Assembly: GCA_039698055.1 (NCBI GenBank) | Contig: JBDKTL010000048.1 | Location: forward strand, 47,188 to 111,187 | Length of the DNA stretch: 64,000 nucleotides | Direction: 5' to 3' | Origin: Methanoregula sp. | Lineage (GTDB): Archaea; Halobacteriota; Methanomicrobia; Methanomicrobiales; Methanospirillaceae | Position numbers and translations under genes: made by a program | Notes under the pieces: generated by a model | Database searches by the model: none | What the model saw: only the letters and a program-made list of their open reading frames with translations | Told to the model about the DNA's origin: nothing | Shown here: one piece after another, positions 22,311 to 30,960 of the stretch | Layout of the letters: every line of letters begins with the position of its first letter | Numbering within the stretch: position 1 is the first letter of the stretch

Positions 22311-22895
22311 TTACACCCCCATTCCCATAACCGCCCCGACAATCTGCTGAGCTGTCACCGGGTCCACCACCCGGGCCAGCACAACCCCGGCCATTGCAGC
22401 AAACACCGCCCAGAATACTTTTTTCACGTGTTCGTTTTTACCGAACTCCTCAATCACTTCGTTCACATCCGCCTTCATTGCCCGCTGGATCAGCTTCGGC
22501 AGGAACACGAAGAGTGGCAGAAACAAAACCGCAGCACCGATGAACGCAAGCGTGATCTCAGCCCGGCCTGCAAGAAAGATCCCGACCGGGATCGCAAACA
22601 CCCCGGCCAGCACCGAAGCCATCCCGACCTCCCCGAACCAGAAGTAATGCCTTTTATCGGCATAGTTTAGTTTCTCCGGATCAGTCAGCGCCGAAAGATC
22701 GAAGATCCCAAGCGTGTTCAGCATCCCGTACCAGACCGCGTGCGTCTCCTCCGGGTCTGCAACGATACCGAGAAAGAGCACCGCGACCGGCACAACGAGG
22801 AGGATGTGGGGAAGACCGGCCAGCACCATGACCAGCCCCAGCAGAATCCCGGTCCCGCAGATGGCGCACCGGGTCTGCACTTCATTCTCGAACAT
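22311..22895 (-). CDS. Hypothetical multi-pass membrane protein
   Basis: 4-5 hydrophobic segments; ATG 22895 overlaps the 3' end of the upstream 41-aa ORF; partial paralog at 8030. Confidence 0.75.
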   Translation of the reverse strand: MFENEVQTRCAICGTGILLGLVMVLAGLPHILLVVPVAVLFLGIVADPEETHAVWYGMLNTLGIFDLSALTDPEKLNYADKRHYFWFGEVGMASVLAGVFAIPVGIFLAGRAEITLAFIGAAVLFLPLFVFLPKLIQRAMKADVNEVIEEFGKNEHVKKVFWAVFAAMAGVVLARVVDPVTAQQIVGAVMGMGV

Positions 22896-23007
22896 CGGCC
22901 AACTCCACAATCCGGATCGCAAAGACCGGTTTTTTGTGCTTGCCGTCACTTCCCCGGTAGAGAACAGCCACGGTTCCGGTCGGCTGCATTGAGGTTTTAG
23001 TTGCCAC
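22882..23007 (-). CDS. 41-aa hypothetical protein
   Basis: GGAGGAG RBS before GTG; MATKTSMQPTGTVAVLYRGSDGKHKKPVFAIRIVELADVRE; overlaps both neighbours. Confidence 0.5.
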   Translation of the reverse strand: MATKTSMQPTGTVAVLYRGSDGKHKKPVFAIRIVELADVRE

Positions 23008-23161
23008 GGTACTCCTCCCGGCGATGCTCGTGCTCAACCTGGAGTTTCCTGAACTCCTCGACGACCTCATCATATTTGCCAATCTTCTGGTAGATCGCAA
23101 ACAGCAGGGGATAGAGTGGGAGCACGGCCCCAAGGACGATCCCCGCTAGTTCTGTTTCCAT
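22997..23161 (-). CDS. 54-aa single-TM plus charged-helix protein
   Basis: GGAGG RBS; METELAGIVLGAVLPLYPLLFAIYQKIGKYDEVVEEFRKLQVEHEHRREEYRGN. Confidence 0.6.
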   Translation of the reverse strand: METELAGIVLGAVLPLYPLLFAIYQKIGKYDEVVEEFRKLQVEHEHRREEYRGN

Positions 23162-23178
23162 AACAGTCCTCCCGCACC

Positions 23179-23239
23179 TAAAAAAAAAGAGCCGGAAGAG
23201 AGGTGACGGTTTGGTCCGCCGCCCCTTCCGGATCTTTTT
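23179..23239 (-). terminator. Long hairpin followed by poly-T
   Basis: Minus strand AAAAGATCCGGAAGGGGCGGCGG-ACCAAA-CCGTCACCTCTCTTCCGGCTCTTTTTTTT directly after the stop of 23251-23754. Confidence 0.65.
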
Positions 23240-23250
23240 ACCGGCCGGTT

Positions 23251-23754
23251 CTAGGCAAGAGCGGCCACCGAGTCCGCCCAGGTCTCGACCTTTGTCCGGA
23301 TTGCGTCGTCTTCATACGATGACAGGACAACCTGGCTCCGGTTGAAGGTGACGTAGAACTGCTCACCGCCCTCGTCATTGCACTTGAGGGTCGCCGAAAA
23401 TGTGTCATTGGCAACATCATGCACTGCCGTGCCGCCGTGAGCGGCGCTGGTTGTCGCATCGGCAAGCCGGGCGGCGATGCCGGTAGTATAACCGTCCATC
23501 GTGTTGTAGGTGTCCGATGCCCTGCCAACGTTTTTTGCATCGACATTCTCGTAGACCAGCTTTGCGACATAACTCTCCCGGGTCTTTTCTACCGGCGCAT
23601 GGATGATGCCGGCGGTCATGTATTCTACACAGGCAAACGGGTTTGTTGCAATGACCGACTGAACGATTGCATCGAACGCTGCCACGTCTGCTATCGGGTC
23701 CGCAAGGGTGCGAACCGCGCTTTTGATGTTTGCTTTCTGTACGAAATCTGCCAT
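23251..23754 (-). CDS. Hypothetical 167-aa soluble protein
   Basis: Clean ORF with purine-rich leader (AAGAAGGAAACAAAA) and downstream hairpin/poly-T; no recognised motif. Confidence 0.8.
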   Translation of the reverse strand: MADFVQKANIKSAVRTLADPIADVAAFDAIVQSVIATNPFACVEYMTAGIIHAPVEKTRESYVAKLVYENVDAKNVGRASDTYNTMDGYTTGIAARLADATTSAAHGGTAVHDVANDTFSATLKCNDEGGEQFYVTFNRSQVVLSSYEDDAIRTKVETWADSVAALA

Positions 23755-24051
23755 TTTTGTTTCCTTCTTGTGTTGTTTTTTTCCTCTGGTGTCTCGGGGC
23801 CCTTTGACATATTCTTATAGGATGTGGGGGGTGATGTGCTTTGATTATGAAAAAAATTGAGAGGAAAACGGCGGCTGATCATGGGGTTGTTTGGTGATTG
23901 GGGAACGGGAACGGGAGATTGGGAAGGTACAAAAAAATCCGGGGGGGTGGCTATGCCATGGGGGAATGAAAAAAAGTCGTACAGAACGCCGTAAACTCGT
24001 GGCGTGGGACGTATGATGCAGGGTGCAAATTACAGGAATACAAGACAGGGA

Positions 24052-24192
24052 TTTGCCGACCCGGCAGACAAAGCCCGCCACGACCACATGGTTGCGCTCG
24101 TCACCCGGATGCTCGATTTGAATAAGCGGGTGTCCGCGCTGTACTGGATGACGGAAGAGGAAATACTGATCGTCAAAGGCATAAAGGAATAA
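24052..24192 (+). pseudogene. Remnant of a type IIG restriction-modification enzyme C-terminus
   Basis: FADPADKARHDHMVALVTRMLDLNKR...LYWMTEEEILIVKG resembles the typical ADKARHD.MV.LV..ML.L.K...LYGLT.EEI.IVE tail with an internal deletion. Confidence 0.65.
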
Positions 24193-24282
24193 TCTTTTTT
24201 ATCGCGATATGATTTCTTTTACAATTTTTTATAATGAGGTTATTGCATTTTCGCGGGATACAGACCAGATAACGACAATCTC

Positions 24283-24773
24283 AAAACAAGCCTTTTTTGG
24301 TTCCAACAGTGTATTGGCCATCCGGGAAGCGATCGTCCATCCAATCGCTTCTGTTAGCGTACATTTTCCGGCCCGTAACACAGCTCGTTTGCCTCAAATA
24401 TGGCCAAATCGTGGGATTTGAAAAATCATGTGCCGGAATTCGACCATTTTTATAAGATAATGGATCGAAAATGACCAATCCGGGCTCGTACCGGGCACTG
24501 ATTTCACCATCCGGGATGCAGCCCTCCACCAGTCCGGGGATCACGTCATTGAAAAAAAGACCAGAACCAAAAACAGCCCTTTTTTCATTCCCAACAGTGT
24601 ATTGGCTATCCGGGGAGCGATCGACCGTCCAATCGCTTCTGTTAGCGTACATTTTCCGGCCCGTAACACACCCCGTTGGCCTCAAATATGGCCAAATCGT
24701 GGGATTTGAAAGATCATGTGCCGGAATTCACCATTTTTCATAAGATAATGGATCGAAAATGACCAATCCGGGC
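24283..24773. repeat. Two-copy imperfect direct repeat (~200 bp unit, 288 bp period)
   Basis: ~24283-24485 vs ~24569-24773 share CCAACAGTGTATTGG, CCAATCGCTTCTGTTAGCGTACATTTTCCGGCCCGTAACAC, GCCTCAAATATGGCCAAATCGTGGGATTTGAAA, ATAAGATAATGGATCGAAAATGACCAATCCGGGC. Confidence 0.92.
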
Positions 24774-24909
24774 ACGCAGGGGGCCTGGATAGGGGGTATG
24801 AACACCTCCTCAAAATGAAGGGATATCCTCATTCACTCACCGGGGTGAAATGTTCGCTGGCACCGGTTGCCGGCAGCAGCACATCCCGGGACACCCGGCC
24901 TGGTACCGA

Positions 24910-25272
24910 TCAATCGGTGCCCGGCATACGCGAGCCATCAGGCAGTATCCCGTTAATGGTGTCCGGTTGGATCAAAAAAAACTGCCAGACCCCCCGGGGC
25001 GATCGCAGCCAGAGCTCGCGGGCAACAATACCCGTTACAGGCACAGTACGGATAGGGGAAATTTCACGTTTGCAGCACTGCATGATTTCCTGCGGGTCAT
25101 CGTAATGCGTAACGATCCGTTTCACCCGGACAAACGCCGTCTGCTGTTCCGTGCAGATAATCAGGTCAAAATATGCATTCCGCCGGGCAGGCATCAGCAA
25201 TACCTTCCCGCGCCGGGCCGCAATATCGGCTGCCTCGCGGAGTGCAATAAGCGGTCGCCGTCCCCGGGTCAT
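24910..25272 (-). CDS. Hypothetical protein, possible PD-(D/E)xK-like fold
   Basis: FDLII...AFVRVKR pattern like Hjc/YraN-type nucleases; ATGA-coupled to the upstream ORF. Confidence 0.65.
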   Translation of the reverse strand: MTRGRRPLIALREAADIAARRGKVLLMPARRNAYFDLIICTEQQTAFVRVKRIVTHYDDPQEIMQCCKREISPIRTVPVTGIVARELWLRSPRGVWQFFLIQPDTINGILPDGSRMPGTD

Positions 25273-25511
25273 TTCCCCTCACTCCCATACCCGGTACCAT
25301 CCGGCACATATTTTCCTGACGGAATTGTCCCTGGTCTCTGCTCCCGGTTAATGGTCCGGGTCCGGATACTGATATTGTAGTAATGCTGTCCGACTTTGCG
25401 CACGATCACCCGCTCAAGATCATCACCATACGCTCTGACACCCCGCATGACGATGTGCGGGACAAGGAACAGCGGGATCTGCCTTTGGGTCGTCGCCGGT
25501 TTGCGGGACAT
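25269..25511 (-). CDS. Hypothetical 80-aa basic protein
   Basis: Middle gene of a translationally coupled trio. Confidence 0.6.
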   Translation of the reverse strand: MSRKPATTQRQIPLFLVPHIVMRGVRAYGDDLERVIVRKVGQHYYNISIRTRTINREQRPGTIPSGKYVPDGTGYGSEGK

Positions 25512-25771
25512 CAGGACCGCCCCTGGAAATAGTATCTCATGAGTATTTGTATCATGATGATGGTGAGCCGGTTTTTCACCACGATCTGTTCGCGGTTTTT
25601 GGTCGCACGATCCATTATCCGTATACCTGGTGTTCCATATCCACCGCCAGCTGTGTCCGCATACACCGGCACAAAACCCGTACGGTTACGTACCTGCCGG
25701 CCTGTTTCTGGTAGTTCGCTGATCGACTCACCGGATTTTCTGGACCCGGTATTTTTTTCGTTTATTTCCAT
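25511..25771 (-). CDS. Hypothetical 86-aa protein
   Basis: First gene of the coupled trio (TGATG overlap). Confidence 0.55.
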   Translation of the reverse strand: MEINEKNTGSRKSGESISELPETGRQVRNRTGFVPVYADTAGGGYGTPGIRIMDRATKNREQIVVKNRLTIIMIQILMRYYFQGRS

Positions 25772-26661
25772 TCACATCACGTTTCATTTTGTATAGTCTC
25801 CTGCACTGCCCGCGAACATAGAGCCTGTCCCCCCTTTTTTTCGCGATTAAAAAAATTAAAAAACCGACACCAGTCCGGCGGGAGCCATGGCTCATGCACA
25901 CGTTCCCGTACTACCGTGAAAACGCAGGAAGGTATCCTCGCAAACCACATCAACACGGGACTACACACGCCGGACCGGCGTCTAACTACGTATAAGAGAA
26001 AAGTCAGATACAGCGTACCCGGCCCGGGCACCCAAACGATATATCCCGGAACCGGTAGTCAGCGGATACTGCGATGCGGACGGGAGAGAGAGCACTCCCA
26101 TCACGGCACAGACAAGCAGCATGGATGCAAAGAAAAACCGGGCGTAAAAAAGTGCAACCGATCGTGCATAGCCCAGTTTACGGATCTTCCGCGCTGTTTG
26201 TGTGCAGAAATTTTCAAACATTTGTGTAAATAAACCAAGCAGTGACAAGCATATAAGATGCACGGAACCGCGAGGTTAGCTCAATGGATTCCGGGGAAAT
26301 CCGGGGCAATCACGGCCTCCGATGCGTCAGACAATCGTGCAGGAATTATCCTGACGCACCGGAGATTGGGAAAACCCAATTTGCGGCCCGGATTGTGCCG
26401 GATTTTTATGGATTATGCCGGGGGTGCCGCACATGATGCCATTAAAAAAAACAGAGGGGCGCACCCATTTTTGTGCGGGAAAAAAATGCAGGAATTTTTC
26501 TCCGGGAAAAATTTGAACCATACTTTTTTGCTCCCGGACAAGCATCCCGAACCACCAATCACGTTCCTGTGGGCAACCCTTGACTCAATCCCTGCAATTC
26601 TGGTATTTTCTTAACCTATAGATCCTTTTTACCTTTTATTCATCTTCACCGTTTAACAGGT

Positions 26662-27765
26662 TCAATGCGAATGCTTCGGCAGCCCGTCATGGTTATGTTC
26701 CGCAACATGGTGGTGATCCGGCCCTGAAGCCGTTGCAGGATCGACGTGAATGGTGGCATCGGAAAGATACCGGAGATGATGGAGGAGTTCGTGCCGGAAC
26801 TTCTTTGCAATAGCATGGCCGGATTCCACGGAGAGCAATGAATCGACCGTGATATTGATCTCCGCATGGAGCCGGTGACCCAGCCACCGGACCTTGATAT
26901 CAGTAATCTCCATTACCCCCTCAACATGATCGGCGGTATGGCGAATCTCATCAGTGATCGCCGGGTCAACGCCGTCAAGGAGCCGGGTGAAGATGGTCTT
27001 TGCCGAATCCCAGACAATCCAGAAGATCATAATCGTGATGATAAGACCGATCGCCGGATCGGCAAGCGGGAACCCGAAATAAACCCCTGCTGCTCCAATC
27101 AGGACCGCAAGGCTCGTCCATCCGTCTGTCCTTGCATGATAGCCGTCCGCAACGAGCGCGGCGCTGCCGATCTCCTTTCCCACCCGGATGCGGAGCTGTG
27201 CCACGGCCTCGTTCCCGATAAACCCGACCAGCGCTGCGGCTGCTACCGCCCAGAGAAAGGTTACTTCCTGCGGGTGAAAGAGCCGGTCGATGGAAACGTA
27301 ACCGGCAATGATCGCAGAAATCAGGATCATCAGCACAACGAAAACGCCCGCAAGGTCCTCGACACGGCCATAGCCGTAGGTAAACCGCTTGTCTGGTTTC
27401 CACCGGGCCAGCATGAACGCGAACAGGAGCGGGATGGCCGTGAGGGCATCACCGAAATTATGGATAGTATCAGCGAGCAGCGCAATGCTGCCGGAATAAT
27501 AGACGATGATTATCTGGAAGATTGCAGTAACGAACAGCCCGGCAAACGACCACTTGACCGCCCGGATGCCCCGTTCAGTGGTGAGGATTGTCGAATCGAC
27601 AATACCATGTGTGTGGGTATGGCCGTGAGGGTGATCCGAATTTTCATGGGATTTGTCACGGTCTTTTTTATGATCGTGACCATGGAACCGGTCACGATTA
27701 TGATCTGCCTCTTCAGGGAGATCAGGGTTTTTCTCGTGAAGGATCATCCTCTTTGCCCTCATCAT
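26662..27765 (-). CDS. Cation diffusion facilitator (CDF) transporter, His-rich termini
   Basis: SGSIALLADTIHNFGD, FTYGYGRVE, ALVADGYHARTD, TIHVDP. Confidence 0.93.
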   Translation of the reverse strand: MMRAKRMILHEKNPDLPEEADHNRDRFHGHDHKKDRDKSHENSDHPHGHTHTHGIVDSTILTTERGIRAVKWSFAGLFVTAIFQIIIVYYSGSIALLADTIHNFGDALTAIPLLFAFMLARWKPDKRFTYGYGRVEDLAGVFVVLMILISAIIAGYVSIDRLFHPQEVTFLWAVAAAALVGFIGNEAVAQLRIRVGKEIGSAALVADGYHARTDGWTSLAVLIGAAGVYFGFPLADPAIGLIITIMIFWIVWDSAKTIFTRLLDGVDPAITDEIRHTADHVEGVMEITDIKVRWLGHRLHAEINITVDSLLSVESGHAIAKKFRHELLHHLRYLSDATIHVDPATASGPDHHHVAEHNHDGLPKHSH

Positions 27766-28954
27766 TTATACGGCCCGTTCCCGGAGCCGGGTTTGTGATG
27801 TTCAGCGGGATAACCGCGATGGTATTACCGCTCTCCTTACAGTACTCCTCGACCCGGACAGCGACCCGGCCAACCATGCTGCCGGTTGTCAGGATTAAGG
27901 AGTCCTGCCCCCGCAGGGCACGCAGGATGCATTTATCGATAACCCCGTAGGTGAACTCAAGGGCCAGCGATTCCTGGCTGGCACGCTGTTTCGCACGGGT
28001 ACCCATGGCCCCGACGGCCAGGTCATTACGGGATGAGATCCACGCTGCAAGCGGCGTATCGTTCTCCTCCTCGACATTGCAGACAGAAATGGTGCCGGTC
28101 CGGCACGTGCCCGGTGACTGGACGAGCAGGTTCTCGATGATGTGGATCATATCGAGCACGCTGCGGGGCTTTCTCTCCGGCTGGGCAAACCCACGCCGCC
28201 CGAGTTCCTGCGAGAGTTCAAGGAGGGTCGGTACCGAGAGGTGCGCCATGCGGACATGATCGGGATTCCCAAACGCCACGTCCGGCACGTCTTCCTGCAG
28301 GATTTGGCCATCCAGCATAAGGATTGCCCGGTCAGCCCACGGGTAGGCAAGTTCGACATCGTGGGTGGAGATGATCACGGTTTTGCCGTCATGGTTCAGT
28401 TCGTCGAGCAGTTCCATGAGATCTTCGGAACCCGAAGGGTCAAGGCCGCTCGTGGGCTCGTCAAATACCAGCACGTCCGGGTCCATTGCCAGCACGCCGG
28501 CAATGGCAACCCGTTTCTTTTCCCCACCCGAGAGATGGTGAGGCGGTCGCCGTTCAAATCCCTCAAGGCCGACCTGCCGGAGCGCAAGAGCGACTGCCTG
28601 CCGGATCGCCGGCTCATCGTACCCGAGGTTTGCCGGGCCAAAGGCAACGTCCTGGTACACGGTCGGGGCAATGATCTGCCGGTCCGGGTTCTGGAGCACA
28701 AAGCCGACCCGTTTGCGGATCTGGCGGAGGGAAGGGGTATCGTACCGGATCGGTTCTTTATCAAAGAGCATGGTACCGGAAGTCGGGCGGATCATGCCGT
28801 TGAACATCTGTAACAGCGTGGACTTGCCGGCGCCGTTTGGTCCCACGAGCGCGATCTTCTCGCCCGGGCGGATATGAAAACTGATCCCTTTGATCGCATC
28901 CGGGCTTCCCGGGTAGTGGTACCTGATATCCCGTGCTTCAAGAATGATCTTCAC
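27722..28954 (-). CDS. cbiO: ECF cobalt/nickel transporter ATPase with C-terminal extension
   Basis: GPNGAGKST, LQNPDRQ, LSGGEKKRV, DEPT; in the cbiMNQO operon. Confidence 0.92.
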   Translation of the reverse strand: MKIILEARDIRYHYPGSPDAIKGISFHIRPGEKIALVGPNGAGKSTLLQMFNGMIRPTSGTMLFDKEPIRYDTPSLRQIRKRVGFVLQNPDRQIIAPTVYQDVAFGPANLGYDEPAIRQAVALALRQVGLEGFERRPPHHLSGGEKKRVAIAGVLAMDPDVLVFDEPTSGLDPSGSEDLMELLDELNHDGKTVIISTHDVELAYPWADRAILMLDGQILQEDVPDVAFGNPDHVRMAHLSVPTLLELSQELGRRGFAQPERKPRSVLDMIHIIENLLVQSPGTCRTGTISVCNVEEENDTPLAAWISSRNDLAVGAMGTRAKQRASQESLALEFTYGVIDKCILRALRGQDSLILTTGSMVGRVAVRVEEYCKESGNTIAVIPLNITNPAPGTGRINDEGKEDDPSREKP

Positions 28955-29745
28955 AAAAACACCCCGACTCCCGTTGTCACCATCATCAGGATCCCGCCAA
29001 GCCCGGCAAGGTATACCATGACCGGGACAAGCGACCGCACCCGAACGGGTTCCGCAGAATCCAGCGACGGCATGATCCCGTTATAGCAGCGGCAGTCCAT
29101 CGCACGGACAAGGTCTTCTCCGGCAATCCAGCTGGAGATAAAGAGCATCCCAAACATCATGGATACGGACCGGATGGATTCCCGTGGCCGGCTGTAGCCA
29201 AGGCGCATCACCTGCGCCTGCCAGATCTCGACTGCCTGATCACAGATGATGAAGATGTACCGGTAGATGATCATCATCAGGTCGATCAGTTCAAGGGGAA
29301 TCCCGATACGCTTCATCCCGTTGAAGAGATCGGTCATGGGCGTTGTCAGGGTAATAAAGAACAACGAGATCGAACAGCCAAACACCCGGCACAGGACAAG
29401 CCAGCTCTGCATAACGGCCCCGGTGGTGATGGTAAGGTTGATCCACGAGACCGGGTTGAACCGCCAGATCACGTCCCCGCCGCCGAGCATGAAGAGGAGG
29501 ACAACCGCGCTCATAATCGCAAAAAAGGCCGGGGCAAGCAGGAGCTCCCCGTACAGGAGAGGAGATACCCGGCCCGGCACGATAAGGACAAGACTGAGAA
29601 CGATACCTGAAACCAGCGGCACGACCGGGGACGGGGATATGAGGCAGATGATAAGGGAGCCCAGTGCAAGAAGGAGTTTTGTCCCGGGATGGATATGCCG
29701 GAACACACTCTGTTGTGCGACGTAGTCGAGGTTTGTTTCAAACAT
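28951..29745 (-). CDS. cbiQ: ECF cobalt transporter T component
   Basis: IYRYIFII, AQVMRLGY, RAMDCRCY. Confidence 0.9.
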   Translation of the reverse strand: MFETNLDYVAQQSVFRHIHPGTKLLLALGSLIICLISPSPVVPLVSGIVLSLVLIVPGRVSPLLYGELLLAPAFFAIMSAVVLLFMLGGGDVIWRFNPVSWINLTITTGAVMQSWLVLCRVFGCSISLFFITLTTPMTDLFNGMKRIGIPLELIDLMMIIYRYIFIICDQAVEIWQAQVMRLGYSRPRESIRSVSMMFGMLFISSWIAGEDLVRAMDCRCYNGIMPSLDSAEPVRVRSLVPVMVYLAGLGGILMMVTTGVGVFL

Positions 29746-29751
29746 AAAAAA

Positions 29752-30060
29752 TCAGGTAGGTTGTGAGGACTTTTTCTGCCCCAGCCAGTACCCGAACACG
29801 AGCCCGAGAACGAGTCCTCCAAACGATGCCTGGAGCGCAAAGAGCGTTGATTCAATCTCCCCGCTTGGAGGTTCATACTGGGGAATGAGCGGTGTGAAGA
29901 AATCAGCCGGATGACCGGTCAGTTCGGCAATTTTTTCCGAACCGACATCGTCAGACCCGCTGAACTCATGGGTCCCGCCGGCGCTGACCAGAAGGAATAC
30001 CGCGACAAAGGCAAGAATAGCAACCACGGTGATAATTTCGAGTTTGTAGTCCCTGATCAT
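29752..30060 (-). CDS. cbiN: Cobalt transport protein CbiN
   Basis: FSGSDD, PPSGEIESTLFALQA. Confidence 0.93.
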   Translation of the reverse strand: MIRDYKLEIITVVAILAFVAVFLLVSAGGTHEFSGSDDVGSEKIAELTGHPADFFTPLIPQYEPPSGEIESTLFALQASFGGLVLGLVFGYWLGQKKSSQPT

Positions 30061-30779
30061 GATCGTCCCTCTGGTGCGGGAGCTGCCCCGTCGTGCAGTC
30101 GTGCACCGGTGATCTGTTGTTCTGAGAATACATTGAGTTTTATGAGGATTTCAGGTTTGAGGGCGACAATGTACTTGAAGACGAGCGCCAGCACGCAGCC
30201 TTCGACAATCGCGAGAGGTACCTGCGTAATGGCGAAGATCGCAAAGAATGCTTCAAACGAGGCAAGGATCCCGCCAACCTGCGCGGGATACGCGAGTGCA
30301 AGCTCAAAGGACGTGATCACATAGGTCACCAGATCGGCGACGGCCGTTACGAGAAATACCGTGACATAAATATTGACCTTCGTGTCTTTGAGGAGGCGGT
30401 AGAGGGCGTACCCGGCAATGGGGCCGCCAATCGCCATCGAGACCATGTTGGCACCCATGGTGGAGAGCCCCCCGTGGGCAAGCAGGAGCGCCTGGAAGAG
30501 CAGGACGATCGCACCGACGACTGATGTGATGAATACGCCAAAACACATGGTCGAAAGACCGGTACCGGTCGGGTGGGAACAGCTGCCGGTGACCGAGGGG
30601 AGCTTGAGAGCGGACAGTATGAAGATGAACGCCCCGCAGACGCCCAGCAGCGGCAGGTATTCCCGGTCTTTTCTCATCATTGCCCGCAGTTCAAGCACTC
30701 CCATGACAAGGAACGGGATGGCGATCAGCCACCACACGAGACACCATTGCCAGGGTAAGAAACCTTCCATGATATGCAT
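30057..30779 (-). CDS. cbiM: Cobalt ECF S component CbiM
   Basis: MHIMEGFLP N-terminus, GSCSHPTG, LAHGGLSTMGAN. Confidence 0.95.
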   Translation of the reverse strand: MHIMEGFLPWQWCLVWWLIAIPFLVMGVLELRAMMRKDREYLPLLGVCGAFIFILSALKLPSVTGSCSHPTGTGLSTMCFGVFITSVVGAIVLLFQALLLAHGGLSTMGANMVSMAIGGPIAGYALYRLLKDTKVNIYVTVFLVTAVADLVTYVITSFELALAYPAQVGGILASFEAFFAIFAITQVPLAIVEGCVLALVFKYIVALKPEILIKLNVFSEQQITGARLHDGAAPAPEGRS

Positions 30780-30793
30780 GATTGTCTATCAAG

Positions 30794-30812
30794 TTTACTT
30801 GCTTTAAGTAAA
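30794..30812. promoter_or_regulatory. Palindrome immediately upstream of cbiM
   Basis: TTTACTT-GCTTT-AAGTAAA about 15 bp before the cbiM start. Confidence 0.45.
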
Positions 30813-30960
30813 TAAAATTTGCTAAAATGAACCAAAAAAGAGATTGGCGGGCTACGAAATGTTAAAAGGGCCTGAAGTATTATTAAAGTTTAAATATATT
30901 CATGGACAGGCATATTTATAGTTTACTTCAGTACATGTAGTATCAGAAGAATTGGAAAAA

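Noticed and set aside
24283-24773. Possible CRISPR array
   Set aside because: Only two ~200-bp units, no 25-45 bp repeat/spacer periodicity, and no cas genes.
26270-26287. GCGAGGTTAGCTCAATGG resembles a tRNA 5' end
   Set aside because: No complementary D-stem, anticodon arm, TTCGA T-loop or acceptor 3' strand follows.
25800-26640. ORFs of 70-118 aa in the long gap before the CDF gene
   Set aside because: No RBS, motif or coupling evidence; left as unexplained intergenic DNA.
30877-30905. NikR operator near cbiM
   Set aside because: A GTATTA half-site is present but has no properly spaced matching half-site.
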